Of a stretch of 64,000 bases of DNA, positions 39,846 to 49,578 are shown in pieces. Where the stretch lies: assembly GCA_963805625.1 (NCBI GenBank), contig CAWDVE010000010.1, positions 1,376,001 through 1,440,000 of the forward strand. Reading direction: 5' to 3'. The notes under the pieces were generated by a model, which worked only from the letters and a program-made list of their open reading frames with translations, was not told the origin of the DNA and made no database searches. Source of the stretch: an uncultured Candidatus Rokubacteria bacterium. Lineage in GTDB: Bacteria > Methylomirabilota > Methylomirabilia > Rokubacteriales > DASRDR01. How positions within the stretch are numbered: the stretch's first letter is position 1; the number at the start of each line of letters is the position of its first letter. Both the position numbers and the translations under genes were made by a program.

Positions 39846-40770
39846 GGACGAGGCGAAGCGGACGGAGTCCCTCGGGCGACAGCTCACCGATCCCGAGAAA
39901 GCTCGCGCCGGTGTACACACGGCACGGAACCGACCCCGCCGGGGCGTCGGGGGGCGTGAGCTCGGACACGGAAACACGCAGGCCGTTGGCCAGCCGCCGG
40001 CCAGCGTCCAGTGACAGGTGGACAGCTGGCAGGTGAGCGACGGCGCGATCGGCCGGAAGGATGTCGGCGGCCAGCACCGCGGCGTTTCCCTCCTGGATGA
40101 CCGCCCACGGAACGGCGTCCTCGAGACGGAGGGGCCCGACGCGCGTACGCGCGAGCGCCTCGACGTGGCCCCCACACCGGAGCGCCTCGCCGACGTCCGC
40201 CGCAAGGCTCCGGACGTACGTCCCCGATCCGCATGCCACACGGACGCGGAGGCGGGGCGGCGCGTACTCGATCAGCTCGAAGGCATGGACGCGGACCCGT
40301 CGAGGCGACCGCTCGACGACGATCCCTGCCCGTGCCAGCTCGTGAAGGCGCCGGCCCCCCGCATGGAGCGCCGAGTACATGGGCGGCACCTGCTCGATCT
40401 CACCGACGAACCTCGCCAGCACGGCGCGTACGTCGTCCGCCGTCAGGGACGGGACCGGCCATTCCCCGGTCACGGCGCCGGTCGCGTCGAGAGTATCCGT
40501 GGCGATGCCGAGCTGGATGGTGGCCAGGTACTCCTTGTCCTGACCCTGGAGATGTCCGGTGAGCTTGGTTCCCTCACCCAGGAGGATGGGCAGGAGCCCC
40601 GTCGCTATGGGATCGAGTGTGCCTCCGTGGCCGACTTTGGGAACGCGGAGCACCCGGCGAAGATGCGCGACGACCTGGAACGAGGTGACCCCCGGCCCTT
40701 TGTCGGCCAGCAGGAGACCGTCCGAGACCATCGGTGACGGATGCCGCCCGCGCTCGCTGGGGCTCGCCAC
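39808..40770 (-). CDS. truB: tRNA pseudouridine(55) synthase (start 40770 or 40731)
   Basis: KVGHGGTLDP.ATG, QVPPMYSA, CGSGTYVRSL. Confidence 0.95.
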   Translation of the reverse strand: MASPSERGRHPSPMVSDGLLLADKGPGVTSFQVVAHLRRVLRVPKVGHGGTLDPIATGLLPILLGEGTKLTGHLQGQDKEYLATIQLGIATDTLDATGAVTGEWPVPSLTADDVRAVLARFVGEIEQVPPMYSALHAGGRRLHELARAGIVVERSPRRVRVHAFELIEYAPPRLRVRVACGSGTYVRSLAADVGEALRCGGHVEALARTRVGPLRLEDAVPWAVIQEGNAAVLAADILPADRAVAHLPAVHLSLDAGRRLANGLRVSVSELTPPDAPAGSVPCRVYTGASFLGIGELSPEGLRPLRLVHADRSRPRPVSS

Positions 40771-41739
40771 TCACCGACGGGCGGCGAGCGCCTCCCGGAC
40801 GGCGCCCAGCACCGCTACCTTCGCGTCGGCCAAACTCCCCGACCGGATCAGGCCAGCCGCGTTCGGGTGGCCTCCGCCGCCGAGGCGGGCCGCGATGCGG
40901 GCCACGTCTACCTCACCCTTGGCGCGGAGGCTCACCTTCACCCCGTCCGCCAGTTCGCGGAAGAGTACCGCCACCTTGGCGGTGCGTACGGAGCGAGGGT
41001 AGTTCACGAATTCCTCGGCCTCCGGCAGATCCGGCGAGCTCGCCAGTGCGCGGTCGATCACCAGCCAGGCCACCGCCCCGTCGGCGTCGGTCTCGATCCC
41101 CTGGAGGATCTGGCCCAGGAGACGCAGCCCGCCCAGCTGGCGTGTCTCATAGACCGTCGTGGCGACCTGGGCAGGATCCACGCCAACCTCCACGAGGCGC
41201 GCGGCCACGCGGAAGGTCTTCGGGGTCGTGTTCGAGTAGCGAAAGGACCCCGTGTCGGTGACGATCGCCGTGTAGAGGTTTATCGCAACCTCGGCGCTGA
41301 GCGGGAGCCCAGCGGCCTCGATCAGGTCGTAGACCATCTCACCGGTGGCGGCCGCCCGGGTGTCCACCCAGTTGACGTCACCGTAACGGCGGTTGTCCCC
41401 GTGGTGGTCGATGTTGAGGACCTGCACCCCCGGACCGCGGGCGCCATCGAGGAGACCCCCGAGCCGCCCGGGATCCGGGCAGTCGAGCGCGACGACCAGG
41501 TCGAACTCGTTCCGGCCCGCCTTCCACTGCTGGACGTCGGCCGCGCCCGGCAGGAAGTGGAACGGGTCCGGAACCGGATGCGCGCACGCGAAGGTTACCG
41601 CCCGCCCCCCTGCCCGGAGCGCGAGGCCCAGCCCGAGCTGTGACCCGAGCACGTCCCCGTCGGGATAGACGTGAGCGAAGAGGAGCACCCGCCGGCCCCG
41701 CTCGACTGCGTCCACGACCTCCCGAGGAACGAGGCTCAC
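40771..41739 (-). CDS. nrnA: DHH/DHHA1 oligoribonuclease/pAp phosphatase
   Basis: HVYPDGD, NIDHH, TDTGSF, KVSLR, GGGGHPNAAG. Confidence 0.92.
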   Translation of the reverse strand: MSLVPREVVDAVERGRRVLLFAHVYPDGDVLGSQLGLGLALRAGGRAVTFACAHPVPDPFHFLPGAADVQQWKAGRNEFDLVVALDCPDPGRLGGLLDGARGPGVQVLNIDHHGDNRRYGDVNWVDTRAAATGEMVYDLIEAAGLPLSAEVAINLYTAIVTDTGSFRYSNTTPKTFRVAARLVEVGVDPAQVATTVYETRQLGGLRLLGQILQGIETDADGAVAWLVIDRALASSPDLPEAEEFVNYPRSVRTAKVAVLFRELADGVKVSLRAKGEVDVARIAARLGGGGHPNAAGLIRSGSLADAKVAVLGAVREALAARR

Positions 41740-42113
41740 GTCGGCTTCTCCGATCCGGGCTCCTCGGGCGGCCCCGCCTCGGTCCTGAGCCCCTCGAGCA
41801 CCGTCTGGATGTGGGCGGCGTGGGCCATCGACCGGTCGGGATGGAACGTGAAGTGCGGGACGGTCCGGAGGCGGAGCCGCGGGACGAGCCAGTTCCGGAT
41901 GAAGCCGCGGGCGCTCTCAAGGGCCTGGAGCGACGCCTGCCACTCGGTCTCGGGGCCGAGCACGCTCACGTAGACCTTCGCCGTCCGGAGGTCCTTGGAG
42001 ACGTCCACCTCGGTGACGGTCACGAAGCCGAGACGAGGATCCTTCAGCTCACGCTGGATGAGGTAGGAGATCTCCTCCCGGATCAGCTGGTTCACCCGCT
42101 GGAGTCGGCTCAT
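41736..42113 (-). CDS. rbfA: Ribosome-binding factor A
   Basis: KDPRLGFVTVTEVDVSKDL..AKVY, LRTVP. Confidence 0.95.
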   Translation of the reverse strand: MSRLQRVNQLIREEISYLIQRELKDPRLGFVTVTEVDVSKDLRTAKVYVSVLGPETEWQASLQALESARGFIRNWLVPRLRLRTVPHFTFHPDRSMAHAAHIQTVLEGLRTEAGPPEEPGSEKPT

Positions 42114-42234
42114 GGATCAGGCGTCGACTTCCAACCAATCGCGTCCGGCGCGGCGTAACAGCGCCCCGGGTGCGATGGTGTCGAGGGTCTCGGCGGGGCC
42201 AACCTGGTCGGAGATCAAAGGCCGCCTGATCCCG

Positions 42235-42519
42235 TCAGAGCATCTCGACGCGCACGTCGATGACCGCCCCGTCGGACAGGGACTCGATGAAGTTGACGGC
42301 CTTCGAGACGACCTCGTTGGCCAGCCGGGAGTCGTTCGCCACACACGCGACCGCCAGCGTCGCGCGCTGCCACAGGTCGCCGTGATCGACCTCGGCAATC
42401 GACACGTTGAAGCGCTGCTTGACCCGCTCCTTCATGCCGCGGAGGACGTGACGCTTGCCCTTGAGCGAGTCGACCTCGCCGAGGTGCAGTTCCACGAGAC
42501 CGAGCGCGACCTGGACCAC
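42235..42519 (-). CDS. ylxP: DUF503 (YlxP) protein
   Basis: SLKGKR, RFNVSIAEV..DLWQR; conserved position between infB and rbfA. Confidence 0.9.
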   Translation of the reverse strand: MVQVALGLVELHLGEVDSLKGKRHVLRGMKERVKQRFNVSIAEVDHGDLWQRATLAVACVANDSRLANEVVSKAVNFIESLSDGAVIDVRVEML

Positions 42520-42543
42520 GGGCGTCGTCTGGACGTCCCCCCG

Positions 42544-45183
42544 CTAGAGCGTCCGCGCGACCTCCTCCGTCGTGTAGAGCTCCAGGACGTCCCCGACCTG
42601 AACGTCGAGACTGCCGACACCGATCCCGCACTCCTGACCCTGGATCACCTCGCGGGCGTCGTCCTTGAATCGCTTCAGCGACGTGACCTGGCCTTCGCCC
42701 ACGGCGCGACCGTTCCGGACCACCCGCAGTTTCGCGTTGCGGGTGGCCTTGCCCTCCGACAGGAAGCAGCCCGCGATCGTGCCGACCTCCTTGATAGGGA
42801 AGAGCATCCGGACCTGCGCCTTCCCGAGCGGAACCTCGCGGATGATCGGGGGGAGCATCCCGGCGAGCGCCGCCCTCACGTCGTTGATCGCCTCGTAGAT
42901 GACGTTGTAGGTCTTGATGTCCACCTGCTCGGCCTGGGCCTGCTGCATCGCCTTCGGCTCGGGCTTCACGGTGAAGCCGATGATGATGGCGTTCGACGCC
43001 GAGGCCAGCATGACGTCGGTCTCGGTGATGGTCCCGACCGCGCCGTGGATCACCCGGACTTTGATCTCGTCCGTGGACAGGCGCTCGAGCGCCTCCTGCA
43101 GGGCCTCGACCGAGCCGTGCACGTCACCCTTGAGGATGACCCGCAGCTCCTTGACCTCGCCCGCCTCGATCTGCTTGTGAAGGTCGGCCAGGGTCACCCG
43201 GGCGCTGACCGTGACCTTCTTGTCCCGCTCCTGACGCCTCATGGCCATCTGGCGGGCCTTCCGCTCCTCGTCCACCGCGCGCAGGACGTCTCCCGCTGAC
43301 GGCACCCCGGACAGCCCGAGCATCTCGACGGGATCGACGGGACCCGCCGTCTTCACGCGCTGGCGCCGGTCGTTGAACATCGCCCGGACCTTGCCGTAGT
43401 GCTGGCCGACCACGACGATGTCGCCCTCGTGGAGGGTACCCTGCTGGATGAGCACCGTGGCCACCGGGCCGCGGCCCCGGTCGAGCTTGGCCTCGACGAC
43501 GACCCCGCGCGCGGCGCGGTTCGGGTTGGCCTTCAGCTCCATCACTTCGGCCTGGAGCGCCGTCATCTCGAGGAGCTGCTCGACCCCCGTGCCCTTCTTG
43601 GCCGATGTGTTCACGAAGATCGTCTGGCCGCCCCACTCCTCGGGGACGAGCCCATGGTTCACGAGCTCCTGCTTGACGCGGTCCGGGTTCGAGTCGGCCT
43701 TGTCCACCTTGTTGACCGCGACGATGATGGGCACGGTCGCCGCCTTCGCGTGGTTGATCGCCTCCACCGTCTGAGGCATGACACCATCGTCGGCTGCCAC
43801 CACCAGGATGACGATGTCGGTGGCCTGGGCACCCCGGGCCCGCATCGCAGTGAAGGCCTCGTGGCCGGGCGTGTCCAGGAACGTGACCTTGCCGTGGCTG
43901 GTCTCCACCTGGTACGCCCCGATGTGCTGCGTGATCCCGCCGAACTCCTGCTCGGTGACGCGGGTCTTCCGGATCATGTCGAGGAGCGACGTCTTCCCGT
44001 GGTCGACGTGTCCCATGACGGTGACGACGGGCGACCGCGGTAGGAGCTGGCTGGGATCCATCTCCTCGTCGAGCAGCTCCCGCTCCTCGGCCGATCGCAT
44101 GTCCGCATCGAAGCCGAACCGAGCCGCGATCGCCTTCACCTTGTCGGTCTCGAGAGGCTGGTTGATCGTCGCCATCACGCCCATGCCGACCAGCTCGCGA
44201 ATGACCTCGCCGATCTTCCGGCCCATCCGCTCCGCCAGCTCGGAGACCGTGACCGACTCGGGGAGCCGGAGAATCTCCCGCGGCCCGATGTCGGCCGGGG
44301 CGGCAGCCGCGGCGGCCGGACTCTCGACTTCCGGCGTGGCGGGCGCTTCCACCGGCACGGGGACACTCTCGACGGCCGCGGCAGGAGCCACCACACGCTC
44401 GGGCTCGGCGGCAGCCGGCTCCTCGCGCCGGGGCTTGAGCGGCACCACCTTGCCGTCGGTCGCCGGCTCGACGACCTTCGGCTGGGGCGGCTCGATCCCC
44501 TCCGCGGGGCGGGCCGGTTCGGACGGAACGGCGTCGCGAGCGGCGGGGGCCACCGGCTCCTTGGGTCGGGCAGGCGCCGCGGACGCGGCGGCTGGCCGCT
44601 CGTGAACAACGGGCGGCTTCGCGGCCGCGGGCTTCTCGCTCGGCACCGGCTTGACGGGCGGGGCAACCGACGGTGCCTGGACCTGGGCGGCGGGGACCGA
44701 CGCGGGTGCCACCGCGCTGGCGGCAACCGGCGCGCCGGCTTCCGCCGGAGCCGGGACCTTTTCGACCTTCATGGGGACCGGCGGCTTGGCCTTCGCGGCG
44801 GCCGCGACCTGCGCCGCCTTCGTGGTCGCCTTGGTCTTCCCGGCCAACGCTTTGCCCTTGCCGACCGGCGCCTTGGCCGCCTCGGCGGCCTCGGCGGCCT
44901 TCTTCGCCCGGGTCCTCGCCGCCTTGGCGGCCGAGGCCTTGGCGGCCTCGATCTTGGCCCGCTGCGCCGCGGCGCGGTCGGACTCGATCCGCTCGATTTC
45001 CTTCCGGGAATACTCGGCCGCCTGGTCGCCAAGTGCTTCCCGGAGCCTCGGGAGCAGGGCGTCTTCGATGGCGCTCGCCGAGCTCTGCTCTTTGAAGCCC
45101 ATGCCATGGAGCTGGTCGATGATCAACTTCGGCGCGACGCCGAGCTCCTTTGCCAGCTCGTGGACCCGGGTTTTCCCGGCCAT
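42544..45183 (-). CDS. infB: Translation initiation factor IF-2
   Basis: [11 protein letters not shown]-domain, Ala/Pro-rich linker, [25 protein letters not shown]. Confidence 0.97.
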   Translation of the reverse strand: MAGKTRVHELAKELGVAPKLIIDQLHGMGFKEQSSASAIEDALLPRLREALGDQAAEYSRKEIERIESDRAAAQRAKIEAAKASAAKAARTRAKKAAEAAEAAKAPVGKGKALAGKTKATTKAAQVAAAAKAKPPVPMKVEKVPAPAEAGAPVAASAVAPASVPAAQVQAPSVAPPVKPVPSEKPAAAKPPVVHERPAAASAAPARPKEPVAPAARDAVPSEPARPAEGIEPPQPKVVEPATDGKVVPLKPRREEPAAAEPERVVAPAAAVESVPVPVEAPATPEVESPAAAAAAPADIGPREILRLPESVTVSELAERMGRKIGEVIRELVGMGVMATINQPLETDKVKAIAARFGFDADMRSAEERELLDEEMDPSQLLPRSPVVTVMGHVDHGKTSLLDMIRKTRVTEQEFGGITQHIGAYQVETSHGKVTFLDTPGHEAFTAMRARGAQATDIVILVVAADDGVMPQTVEAINHAKAATVPIIVAVNKVDKADSNPDRVKQELVNHGLVPEEWGGQTIFVNTSAKKGTGVEQLLEMTALQAEVMELKANPNRAARGVVVEAKLDRGRGPVATVLIQQGTLHEGDIVVVGQHYGKVRAMFNDRRQRVKTAGPVDPVEMLGLSGVPSAGDVLRAVDEERKARQMAMRRQERDKKVTVSARVTLADLHKQIEAGEVKELRVILKGDVHGSVEALQEALERLSTDEIKVRVIHGAVGTITETDVMLASASNAIIIGFTVKPEPKAMQQAQAEQVDIKTYNVIYEAINDVRAALAGMLPPIIREVPLGKAQVRMLFPIKEVGTIAGCFLSEGKATRNAKLRVVRNGRAVGEGQVTSLKRFKDDAREVIQGQECGIGVGSLDVQVGDVLELYTTEEVARTL

Positions 45184-45184
45184 A

Positions 45185-45487
45185 TCAGCTACCCCTTTCG
45201 ACCATCTCAGGAGGCTCCTGCCCCTGGCTCAGGAGTCCACGCAGCCGTGCGATCGCCTCGGGCGTCGCCACGGCCGGGACTCGGAATGCCTGGGGCCAGC
45301 GGCCCCGCCGCACGCACTCGGACAGACACGCTTCACGCCGGCACAGATAGGCGCCTCGCCCCCGTCCCCGCCGCTCGGGGTCCGGCTCGACACGCCCGTC
45401 CGGTGTCCGGACGATCCGGAGGAGCTCCGCCTGGGGCCGGGCTCGCCGGCAGCCAACACAGGTCCGGACTGGGGGTCGCCCCTTCAT
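45185..45487 (-). CDS. ylxR: YlxR (DUF448) RNA-binding protein
   Basis: PVRTCVGCR, ELLRIV, GRGAYLC...C; located between nusA and infB. Confidence 0.9.
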   Translation of the reverse strand: MKGRPPVRTCVGCRRARPQAELLRIVRTPDGRVEPDPERRGRGRGAYLCRREACLSECVRRGRWPQAFRVPAVATPEAIARLRGLLSQGQEPPEMVERGS

Positions 45488-46857
45488 CGGGTGCCCTTGT
45501 CGACCGGCCCGGGCTCCGCCGGAACCGCCTCGGCGACGCGCGCCTCAGCAGCTCTGACCGCCTCGGCCTCCGCAACCTCCGCCGCCTCAGCGGCTCGGGC
45601 ATTCAGCCAGGCCTCGACGGCGGCCAGGACCGCCTCGGCCCTGGGGGCCTCGTCGCCCAACACCTCGCGCACACGCTCGAGCCCGGCGGCGCGAACCCGC
45701 GCAGGGGAATAGAGGCCGTGCTCCACGAGGCGCGGCGTCAGCGCGGGGCCGATCTCCCCGATCTCGGCGAACGCCGCCAGGCCTCCGGCGAGCTCTTCAT
45801 CATGACGGCGGCGCTCGTCCGCCAGCTCGGACTCGCTCTTCACGTCGACGCGGAGCCCCGTCAGCTTCGCAGCGAGCCGGGCGTTCTGTCCCTTCTTGCC
45901 GATGGCCAGCGAAAGCTGGCTGTCCGGCACGACGACCTGCGCGGTGCGCTCCTCGCCCTCCCCGGTGATCGTCACCGAGGTGACCTTGGCCGGCGAGAGA
46001 GCGCGTGCGACCAGCGTGGCCGGGTCGTCCGACCACTCGATGATGTCGATCTTCTCGCCCCGCAGCTCCTTGACGATGACCTGGATCCGCGTCCCGCGGA
46101 GCCCGACGCACGCGCCAATCGGGTCGATGTCACGCTTGGTCGACCCGACCGCGAGCTTGGCCCGCTCCCCCGGCTCCCGCGCCGCGCCGCGCACCTGCAC
46201 GATCCCCTCGGCGATCTCCGGGATCTCGGTCTCGAAGAGGCGGGTGAGGAATCCGGGGTGCGCGCGGGAGAGCACGACCTGCGGGCCCTTGGGCGTGTTC
46301 CGGACCTCCATGATGTACGCGCGCACGCGGTCCCCGGCCATGTACCGCTCTCCCGGGATCTGCTCCCGCTCGGGCAGCACGGCCTCGGTCCGACCCATGT
46401 CCAGGATGACGGTGCGCTTCTCGATCCGGTGCACGAGCGCCCGCACGAGGGTGCCCTCGCGATCCTTGTACTCCGAGAAGATTCCCTGGCGCTCGGCTTC
46501 GCGCACCCTCTGGAGAATCACCTGCTTGGCCGTCTGGGCGGCGATCCGGCCAAGCTCCTTCATCTCGAGGTCGACCTCGACCGTGTCCTCGAGCTGGGCG
46601 TCCGGCTTGAGCCGCCGCGCCTCATCGAGACCGATCTCGAGCTTCGGATCGGCCACCTTGTCGACGACGCGTTTCTCGACAAACACGCGGATGGCCCCGG
46701 TCTCCCGGTGGAGCGTGAGACGGGTGTTTTCCCCGACACCCATCGTCCGCTTCGAGGCGGAGAGGAGGGCGGACTCCAGCGCCTCGAAGAGAACCTCTGT
46801 CGCGATCCCCTTCTCGCGTCCGACCTGCTCGATCGCCAGCTTGAGCTCCCGGTTCAT
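45484..46857 (-). CDS. nusA: Transcription termination factor NusA
   Basis: GRIAAQTAKQVI.Q, REPGERAK, GACVG..G.R, SLAIGKKGQNARLAAKLTG. Confidence 0.97.
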   Translation of the reverse strand: MNRELKLAIEQVGREKGIATEVLFEALESALLSASKRTMGVGENTRLTLHRETGAIRVFVEKRVVDKVADPKLEIGLDEARRLKPDAQLEDTVEVDLEMKELGRIAAQTAKQVILQRVREAERQGIFSEYKDREGTLVRALVHRIEKRTVILDMGRTEAVLPEREQIPGERYMAGDRVRAYIMEVRNTPKGPQVVLSRAHPGFLTRLFETEIPEIAEGIVQVRGAAREPGERAKLAVGSTKRDIDPIGACVGLRGTRIQVIVKELRGEKIDIIEWSDDPATLVARALSPAKVTSVTITGEGEERTAQVVVPDSQLSLAIGKKGQNARLAAKLTGLRVDVKSESELADERRRHDEELAGGLAAFAEIGEIGPALTPRLVEHGLYSPARVRAAGLERVREVLGDEAPRAEAVLAAVEAWLNARAAEAAEVAEAEAVRAAEARVAEAVPAEPGPVDKGTR

Positions 46858-46871
46858 TGCGATCTCCTGGA

Positions 46872-47357
46872 TCAGGCGGAGCCTCGCGGCTCCACCTCCA
46901 GGCGCACCTTGGTCACCAGGCTGCGCGGGACGCTCCGGGGGCCATCGGACGTGTCGAGGGTCAAGGCCTGCTGAGCCACCAGGACGAGCCGGCCCGAGAG
47001 CTCGCGGTGGCCGTCCACCGGCTCCCGTGTCCAGACCCGAACGAGACGCCCGGCCGCCCACTGGAGCTCTCGATCCCTGCGCAGCTCGCGGTCGAGCCCC
47101 GGGGACGAGACCTCCAGGTCGTAGCTGCTCCGGACGAGGTTCGAGACGTCGATCAGGTCTCCGACCTCGTGCGAGAGCTGCTGGCAATCGCTGATCGTGA
47201 CGCCTCCCGGCTTGTCGACGTAGAGCCGCACCGCCACTCGCCGACCGTTGCCCCGAACCTCCAGGTCGACGAGCGTCAGGCCGTGGGCCTCGATGGCCGG
47301 CAGGACGACGGCCTCGACCGCCGCCTCCACTCCCGCCAGGCCAGTGCCCGTCGCCAC
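46872..47357 (-). CDS. rimP: Ribosome maturation factor RimP
   Basis: VDKPGGVTISDC, YDLEVSSPGLDR; GGAGG RBS before GTG 47357. Confidence 0.94.
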   Translation of the reverse strand: MATGTGLAGVEAAVEAVVLPAIEAHGLTLVDLEVRGNGRRVAVRLYVDKPGGVTISDCQQLSHEVGDLIDVSNLVRSSYDLEVSSPGLDRELRRDRELQWAAGRLVRVWTREPVDGHRELSGRLVLVAQQALTLDTSDGPRSVPRSLVTKVRLEVEPRGSA

Positions 47358-47390
47358 CCGTCGCTTCCTCCGTCCGCGTTTGCTCCCATG

Positions 47391-47418
47391 AACAAAAAAG
47401 TGGGCCGCGCCCACTCTT
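47391..47418 (-). promoter_or_regulatory. rimP leader terminator/attenuator-like hairpin
   Basis: AAGAGTGGGCGCGGCCCACTTTTTTGTT between a TATACT -10 box (47432-47437) and the rimP RBS. Confidence 0.7.
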
Positions 47419-47481
47419 GAGTCAGCCGTTTAGTATACTCCGATATGAAGAGCCGAGGAACCCCTCGGCTCCTGGGAGACG

Positions 47482-49182
47482 CTAGAGGTCGGCGGCCAGC
47501 TTCCCGCCGAGGTTCCGAACGGCTGCCACCACGCCGTCCGGCGCGACCGTGATGTCCTGGCGATCCCGTCGCGTTCGCACCTCGACCTTGCCTTCCCGGC
47601 TCAGGAGCGCGCCAACCGTCACCCGGATTGGGATGCCGAGAAGGTCTGCGTCCTTGAACTTCACCCCGGGCCGCTCGTCGCGGTCGTCGAGGATCGCCTC
47701 GACCCCCGCCGCGCCCAGGTCTCGGTAGAGCCGCTCTGCCATCTCGCGCACCGCCGGCTGCTTGGGATTGACGGGAAGGACGTGGACCTGCATGGGCGCG
47801 ATCGACCAGGGCCACACGATCCCGTCCGCGTCGTGACGCTGCTCGATCGCCGACGCGACGATCCGGGCGGGGCCGATCCCGTACGACCCCATGACGATCG
47901 GCCGCGCCTGCCCCTGCTCGTCGAGGTACGTCGCCCCCAGCGCCGTCGAGTACCTCGTCCCGAGCTTGAAGATGTTCCCGACCTCGATGACGCGCTCGAC
48001 GACGAGCGGTGCCCCGCACGTGGGGCAGGCGTCCCCGGCCTGGGCCAGGTGCAGGTCGGCGTACCGGGCGGCGAAGTCCCGGCCCGGACGGACGCCCCGC
48101 AGGTGGACGCCCTCGCGATTGGCGCCGGCGACGTACGCCCCCACGCCCAGCGCCTCGTCCGCCGCGACCGGCACCGCCGCGTCGACGGGGCCCACGGACC
48201 CGACCGGCGCTCCGAGCGCGTCACGGACCTCGTCGGCGTGCGCCGCGCGCACCTCACCGCCCAGGAGCCGCGCGAGCTTCTTTTCGTGCAGCTGCTGGTC
48301 GCCACGCACCAGGGCGAGGACCGGCCCGGAGGGGCCCACGTAGAGCAGGCTCTTGATCGTGTGAGCGGGCTCGATCCCGAGCAACTGGCACACCTCGGCG
48401 ATGGTCCGGACGCCGGGCGTGGCGACCTCTCCGCGGGGCCCGTCGGAAAACGTCGTCGCCGGGGACCGCGACCGCGCAAGCTCCACGTTGGCGGCATAGC
48501 CGCAGGCCGGGCAGCGTGCGATCTCGTCCTCTCCGGCCGCGCTCGGTGCCATGAACTCGTGCGCGCCAGCACCGCCCATCATCCCCACGTCGGACTCGAC
48601 GACGTGGAACGCGAGCCCGGCCCGCCGGAAGATCCGGTTGTAGGCCTCCTTCTGCCGCTCGTAGGCAGCGTCGAGGCCGGCGTCGTCGGCATCCAGCGTG
48701 TAGGCGTCCTTCATCCAGAACTCGCGCGTCCGGAGGACCCCCGAGCGCGGCCGCGCCTCGTCGCGCTCCTTGGTCTGGATCTGATACCAGACCTGTGGCA
48801 GCTCGCGGTACGACCGGATCTCCTTGGCCGCGAGCCAGGCGACGACCTCCTCGTGCGTCATCCCGAGGCACATGTCGCGGCCATGGCGGTCCTTCAGCCG
48901 GAACATCTCGTCCTTGATGTCGTGCCAGCGGCCCGACTGCTGCCAGAGCTCCGCGGGGTGGAGCACGGGCATCGTGATCTCCTGGCCGCCGATCCCGTTC
49001 ATCTCCTCCCGGATGATCGTGTTGACCTTGTCGATGGCCCGCTGGCCAAGGGGGAGGTACACGTAGATGCCTGCCGTCAGCTGGCGCACCAGGCCCGCAC
49101 GGACCATGAGCCGATGGCTGGCCGCCTCGGCGTCGGCAGGATCCTCTCTGAGGGTCGGAACGAACGACGTGGTCCAGCGCAT
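47482..49182 (-). CDS. proS: Proline--tRNA ligase (bacterial type with editing insert)
   Basis: SHRLMVRAG, MTHEE, RDEARPR, IEVGNIFKLGTRYS, MGSYGIG, DDRDERPGVKF. Confidence 0.97.
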   Translation of the reverse strand: MRWTTSFVPTLREDPADAEAASHRLMVRAGLVRQLTAGIYVYLPLGQRAIDKVNTIIREEMNGIGGQEITMPVLHPAELWQQSGRWHDIKDEMFRLKDRHGRDMCLGMTHEEVVAWLAAKEIRSYRELPQVWYQIQTKERDEARPRSGVLRTREFWMKDAYTLDADDAGLDAAYERQKEAYNRIFRRAGLAFHVVESDVGMMGGAGAHEFMAPSAAGEDEIARCPACGYAANVELARSRSPATTFSDGPRGEVATPGVRTIAEVCQLLGIEPAHTIKSLLYVGPSGPVLALVRGDQQLHEKKLARLLGGEVRAAHADEVRDALGAPVGSVGPVDAAVPVAADEALGVGAYVAGANREGVHLRGVRPGRDFAARYADLHLAQAGDACPTCGAPLVVERVIEVGNIFKLGTRYSTALGATYLDEQGQARPIVMGSYGIGPARIVASAIEQRHDADGIVWPWSIAPMQVHVLPVNPKQPAVREMAERLYRDLGAAGVEAILDDRDERPGVKFKDADLLGIPIRVTVGALLSREGKVEVRTRRDRQDITVAPDGVVAAVRNLGGKLAADL

Positions 49183-49231
49183 GGCCTAGCTCCCTCGGAC
49201 CGGGACACGGCGGCGCGAGCCGCCGCCGGGG

Positions 49232-49567
49232 TCAGTGCGACGACTTGGCGACGACGTTCGGGCCGGGCTTGCCGGGGCGGTAGAGGAGCCGCTCGACCGG
49301 CTTACCGCCGATCAGGTGGGACCGGACGATCTCCTGCACGTCCTCCGCCCGGACACCCGCGTACCAGACGTTCTCCGGGTAGACGACGATCATCGGGCCA
49401 TTCCCGCACTGGGAGAAGCAGCCGGACTTGTTGATCCGGATCTCCCCGTGGAGGCCCGCCTTCGCGATCTCGGCCCGCATCAGCTTGACGTAGGACTCGG
49501 TGTCCGCCTCCGTCGGGCACGTGCTGCCGGTGGTGCAGACGAAGACGTGCTGCTCGTACTGGCCCAT
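49232..49567 (-). CDS. Thioredoxin-like [2Fe-2S] ferredoxin
   Basis: HVFVC.....C, SGCFSQCGNGP.IVVYPE.VWY, HLIGGKPVERL. Confidence 0.9.
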   Translation of the reverse strand: MGQYEQHVFVCTTGSTCPTEADTESYVKLMRAEIAKAGLHGEIRINKSGCFSQCGNGPMIVVYPENVWYAGVRAEDVQEIVRSHLIGGKPVERLLYRPGKPGPNVVAKSSH

Positions 49568-49578
49568 CGCCCCTCGCC

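Noticed and set aside
42117-42234. Short open frame between DUF503 and rbfA (…TIAPGALLRRAGRDWLEVDA)
   Set aside because: No convincing start, RBS or family motif.
44280-44990. Low-complexity GCC/GCG-rich stretch
   Set aside because: It is the Ala/Pro/Lys-rich linker of IF-2, not a DNA repeat array.
44602-46974. Long plus-strand ORFs (e.g. 790 aa here, 703 aa at 52262, 600 aa at 56439)
   Set aside because: Antisense shadows of real genes, expected at this GC content; Arg/Pro/Gly-rich with no motifs.
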